Part shown: positions 62,155-64,000 of the stretch, one piece after another
Position numbering within the stretch: the first letter of the stretch is position 1
Layout of the letters: the number at the start of each line of letters is the position of its first letter
DNA from: Flavobacteriaceae bacterium
Lineage (GTDB): Bacteria > Bacteroidota > Bacteroidia > Flavobacteriales > Flavobacteriaceae
Reading direction: 5' to 3'
Assembly (NCBI GenBank): GCA_017856235.1
Contig: JAFMFH010000001.1
Location: 23,286-87,285, forward strand
DNA: 64,000 bases
Notes under the pieces: generated by a model
Seen by the model: only the letters and a program-made list of their open reading frames with translations
Told to the model about the DNA's origin: nothing
The model's database searches: none
Position numbers and translations under genes: made by a program

Positions 62155-63253
62155 AATTAGACTTGACAAAATTGAAGATGCTATAGAATCTATCAAAAAA
62201 GGTGAGATAATAATTGTTGTCGATGATGAAAATCGTGAAAATGAAGGTGATTTCATAACTGCTGCTGAAACAATCAATTCAGATAAAATCAATTTTATGG
62301 CAAAACATGGTAGAGGTCTAATCTGTGTGCCGATGTCAGAAAATTTATGTTCTAAACTTAGTCTTGAGAAGATGGTGCCCAAGAATACAGACCCATTAGA
62401 GACAGCTTTCACAGTTTCTGTTGACCTTAAAGGAAATGGAGTTACATCTGGTATATCAGCATCTGATCGAGCTAAAACGGTTAAAGCTCTTGTTGATAGT
62501 AATACTAAACCCGATGATCTACAAAGACCAGGACATGTTTTTCCTTTAATTGCAAAAGATGGTGGCGTACTAAGAAGGACTGGACATACTGAAGCTGCTA
62601 TTGATTTTGCTAGACTAGCTGGTTATAAATCAGCAGGTGTTATCGTTGAAATTATGAATGATGATGGTTCAATGTCTAGGCTTCCTGAACTTTACAATGT
62701 TGCAAAAAAATTTAATCTTAAAATTGTTTCGATTGAAGATCTTGTTGCTTACAGGATGAAGAATGATAGTTTAATTGATAAAATTTTTGATGAAAATATA
62801 AAAACGAATTTCGGTGAATATCGATTAAGAGCATTTAAACAAGTAAATAATGAGCAAGTTCACATTGCACTTACCCTTGGAGACTGGAAAACATCTGAAA
62901 TAATTTTAACTAGAATCAACTCATCCATGAATGACAATAATGTAACTAAAATTTTGAAAGGAACAAATGAAATTAAATACAATGAAATTTTTAAAAAAAT
63001 TAATGATGAAGGTAAAGGTGCAATTATTTTTATCAATCAAAGTCAATCTCCAAAAAATATAATTGATAAGTTGAAGTCATTAATTGACACTTCTGAAAAA
63101 CCTAAAATTGACTTTAGAGATTTTGGAATTGGTGCTCAGATACTTCACGAAATTGGAATTTCAAAAATTAATTTACTTACTAATTCTAGACAAAAGGCAA
63201 GAATAGGTTTATCTGGGTATGGATTAAGTATAGAGAATTACACTAATTACTAA
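62147..63253 (+). CDS. ribB: 3,4-dihydroxy-2-butanone-4-phosphate synthase fused to a degenerate GTP-cyclohydrolase-II-like domain
   Basis: DHBPS motifs VVDDENRENEGDF, GRGLICVP and RPGHVFPL are intact. In the C-terminal domain, the Zn-binding HSECLTGD...CDCG region reads NSSMNDNNVTKILKG (no Cys) and the QEGRGIGL region reads QSQSPKNI. Only the distal DFGIGAQIL...LLTN...GL.GYGL part is conserved. Confidence 0.88.
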   Translation: MNKIRLDKIEDAIESIKKGEIIIVVDDENRENEGDFITAAETINSDKINFMAKHGRGLICVPMSENLCSKLSLEKMVPKNTDPLETAFTVSVDLKGNGVTSGISASDRAKTVKALVDSNTKPDDLQRPGHVFPLIAKDGGVLRRTGHTEAAIDFARLAGYKSAGVIVEIMNDDGSMSRLPELYNVAKKFNLKIVSIEDLVAYRMKNDSLIDKIFDENIKTNFGEYRLRAFKQVNNEQVHIALTLGDWKTSEIILTRINSSMNDNNVTKILKGTNEIKYNEIFKKINDEGKGAIIFINQSQSPKNIIDKLKSLIDTSEKPKIDFRDFGIGAQILHEIGISKINLLTNSRQKARIGLSGYGLSIENYTNY

Positions 63254-64000
63254 ATGTATCAATCCAGAGTTTAACTGCCATATAAGAAACCATAATTAGA
63301 AGTGTAATTCTAATTATTTTATCTCCTTTCTTCACAGACCATCTACTAGATAACCATGCTCCTATAATTGAACCGATAACCATCCAAAAACCTACCACCC
63401 ATAGTATTTTACCATCTAAAGCAAATATTAAAACTGCAGCAATAGAATATATAAATACTGAAAATGCTTTGATTGAATTTGTTCTTAATAAGTTCATTTT
63501 ATTTATTTGGGTCAATAGTAACATTATTACAATACCAACACCTGCTTGTAAAAAGCCACCATAAACTCCTATAAAAAAGAATCCAATGAGTGCTAAAACA
63601 AGGTATTTACCTGAAAGCCTTTCAGGTAAATCAAAAGAGGCGATTGATTTAGATCTAAATACAATTATAAGTCCAACTGAAATCATGATAATTGCAAGAA
63701 ATCTCTTAAATGTATCACCATCTATATCAATAGCTATTCTTGCACCTATTATAGCGCCAAAGGTAGCTACTATTCCAAAATACAGACCCCATGGATGAGT
63801 TGTAATACCCTTACTTCTATATCCATAACTTGCAACTAAAGCACCAGTTATTACCATTAATCTATTTGTTCCATTAGCAGTGGCTTCATCTAGACCTAAG
63901 AAGAGAATTAAAATAGGTAAAGTAACTAATGAACCACCACCAGCAAGTGTATTAACAACACCAGCAAAAAGTCCGATACCAACTAGAATTAAAATTGAAT
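63243..64000 (-). CDS. Sulfite exporter TauE/SafE family membrane protein (N-terminus beyond window end)
   Basis: The frame stays open upstream of the track's Met (63857) to position 64000, reading ...GIGLFAGVVNTLAGGGSLVTLPILILFLGLDEATANGTNRL..., which is typical of the TauE/SafE N-terminal half. The second half repeats the pattern. Confidence 0.8.
   Translation of the reverse strand, partial: SILILVGIGLFAGVVNTLAGGGSLVTLPILILFLGLDEATANGTNRLMVITGALVASYGYRSKGITTHPWGLYFGIVATFGAIIGARIAIDIDGDTFKRFLAIIMISVGLIIVFRSKSIASFDLPERLSGKYLVLALIGFFFIGVYGGFLQAGVGIVIMLLLTQINKMNLLRTNSIKAFSVFIYSIAAVLIFALDGKILWVVGFWMVIGSIIGAWLSSRWSVKKGDKIIRITLLIMVSYMAVKLWIDTFSN

Noticed and set aside
1-64000. Search for a mobile element, a defence/toxin-antitoxin island, a CRISPR array, or tRNA/rRNA genes.
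   Set aside because: I recognised no integrase, transposase, phage, restriction, Cas or TA-like proteins. There are no direct-repeat arrays. There is no non-coding gap longer than about 210 bp and no GC-rich tRNA-like segment. Every gap is accounted for by short promoter regions. I do not claim a hidden system here.

Overview
This window is a very AT-rich, gene-dense chromosomal segment. About 60 protein genes are packed with many 1-26 nt overlaps, and the largest non-coding gaps are about 110-210 bp. The content is almost entirely core housekeeping. Several features point to a streamlined member of Bacteroidota, most likely Flavobacteriia: the gene orders bamD-rpoZ-coaBC-recN, ftsK-lolA-lptF/G and thrS-infC-rpmI-rplT; A-rich rather than Shine-Dalgarno-like sequence before start codons; and repeated TAnnTTTG boxes just upstream of genes. 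Contents, in order: (1) a two-component system (partial response regulator plus histidine kinase); (2) coaE, fabI, recN, coaBC, rpoZ-like, bamD, ligA, prmC; (3) ribD, dnaA, mltG, an HtrA protease, trmD, rplS, icd, murQ, thrS-infC-rpmI-rplT; (4) an ECF sigma / membrane protein / LTxxQ-repeat periplasmic protein / outer-membrane barrel cluster; (5) fumC, a CPBP protease, a PAS-MenA-like prenyltransferase fusion, a YdiI-like thioesterase, dnaK, panB, an RluA-family synthase; (6) a near-complete branched-chain amino-acid supercluster (leuA-leuCD-second synthase-leuB, convergent with ilvD-B-N-C-A plus a GapN-like ALDH); (7) an ALDH3-like dehydrogenase, a nitroreductase, dsbD-like, tilS, nhaC, ftsK, lolA-like, lptF/G, ribB with a degenerate C-terminal domain, and a partial TauE/SafE exporter. 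I could not support any rRNA, tRNA, CRISPR array, transposase, integrase, phage gene or defence/toxin module, and no gap is long or GC-rich enough to hold a structured RNA gene. This is therefore an ordinary core region, not an accessory island. The most unusual items are the PAS-fused MenA-like prenyltransferase translationally coupled to a CPBP (CAAX-type) protease, the envelope-stress-like ECF/LTxxQ/OMP cluster, variant enzyme architectures (short LeuA, RibB with a dead GCHII domain, short TilS, GapN-like ALDH with a shifted ELGGK motif), a non-AUG infC start, candidate regulatory elements (dnaK/panB palindrome, ilv leader mini-ORFs) and a probable origin-proximal strand switch at dnaA. All functional calls rest on my recognition of protein motifs in the supplied translations. 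No database search was run.
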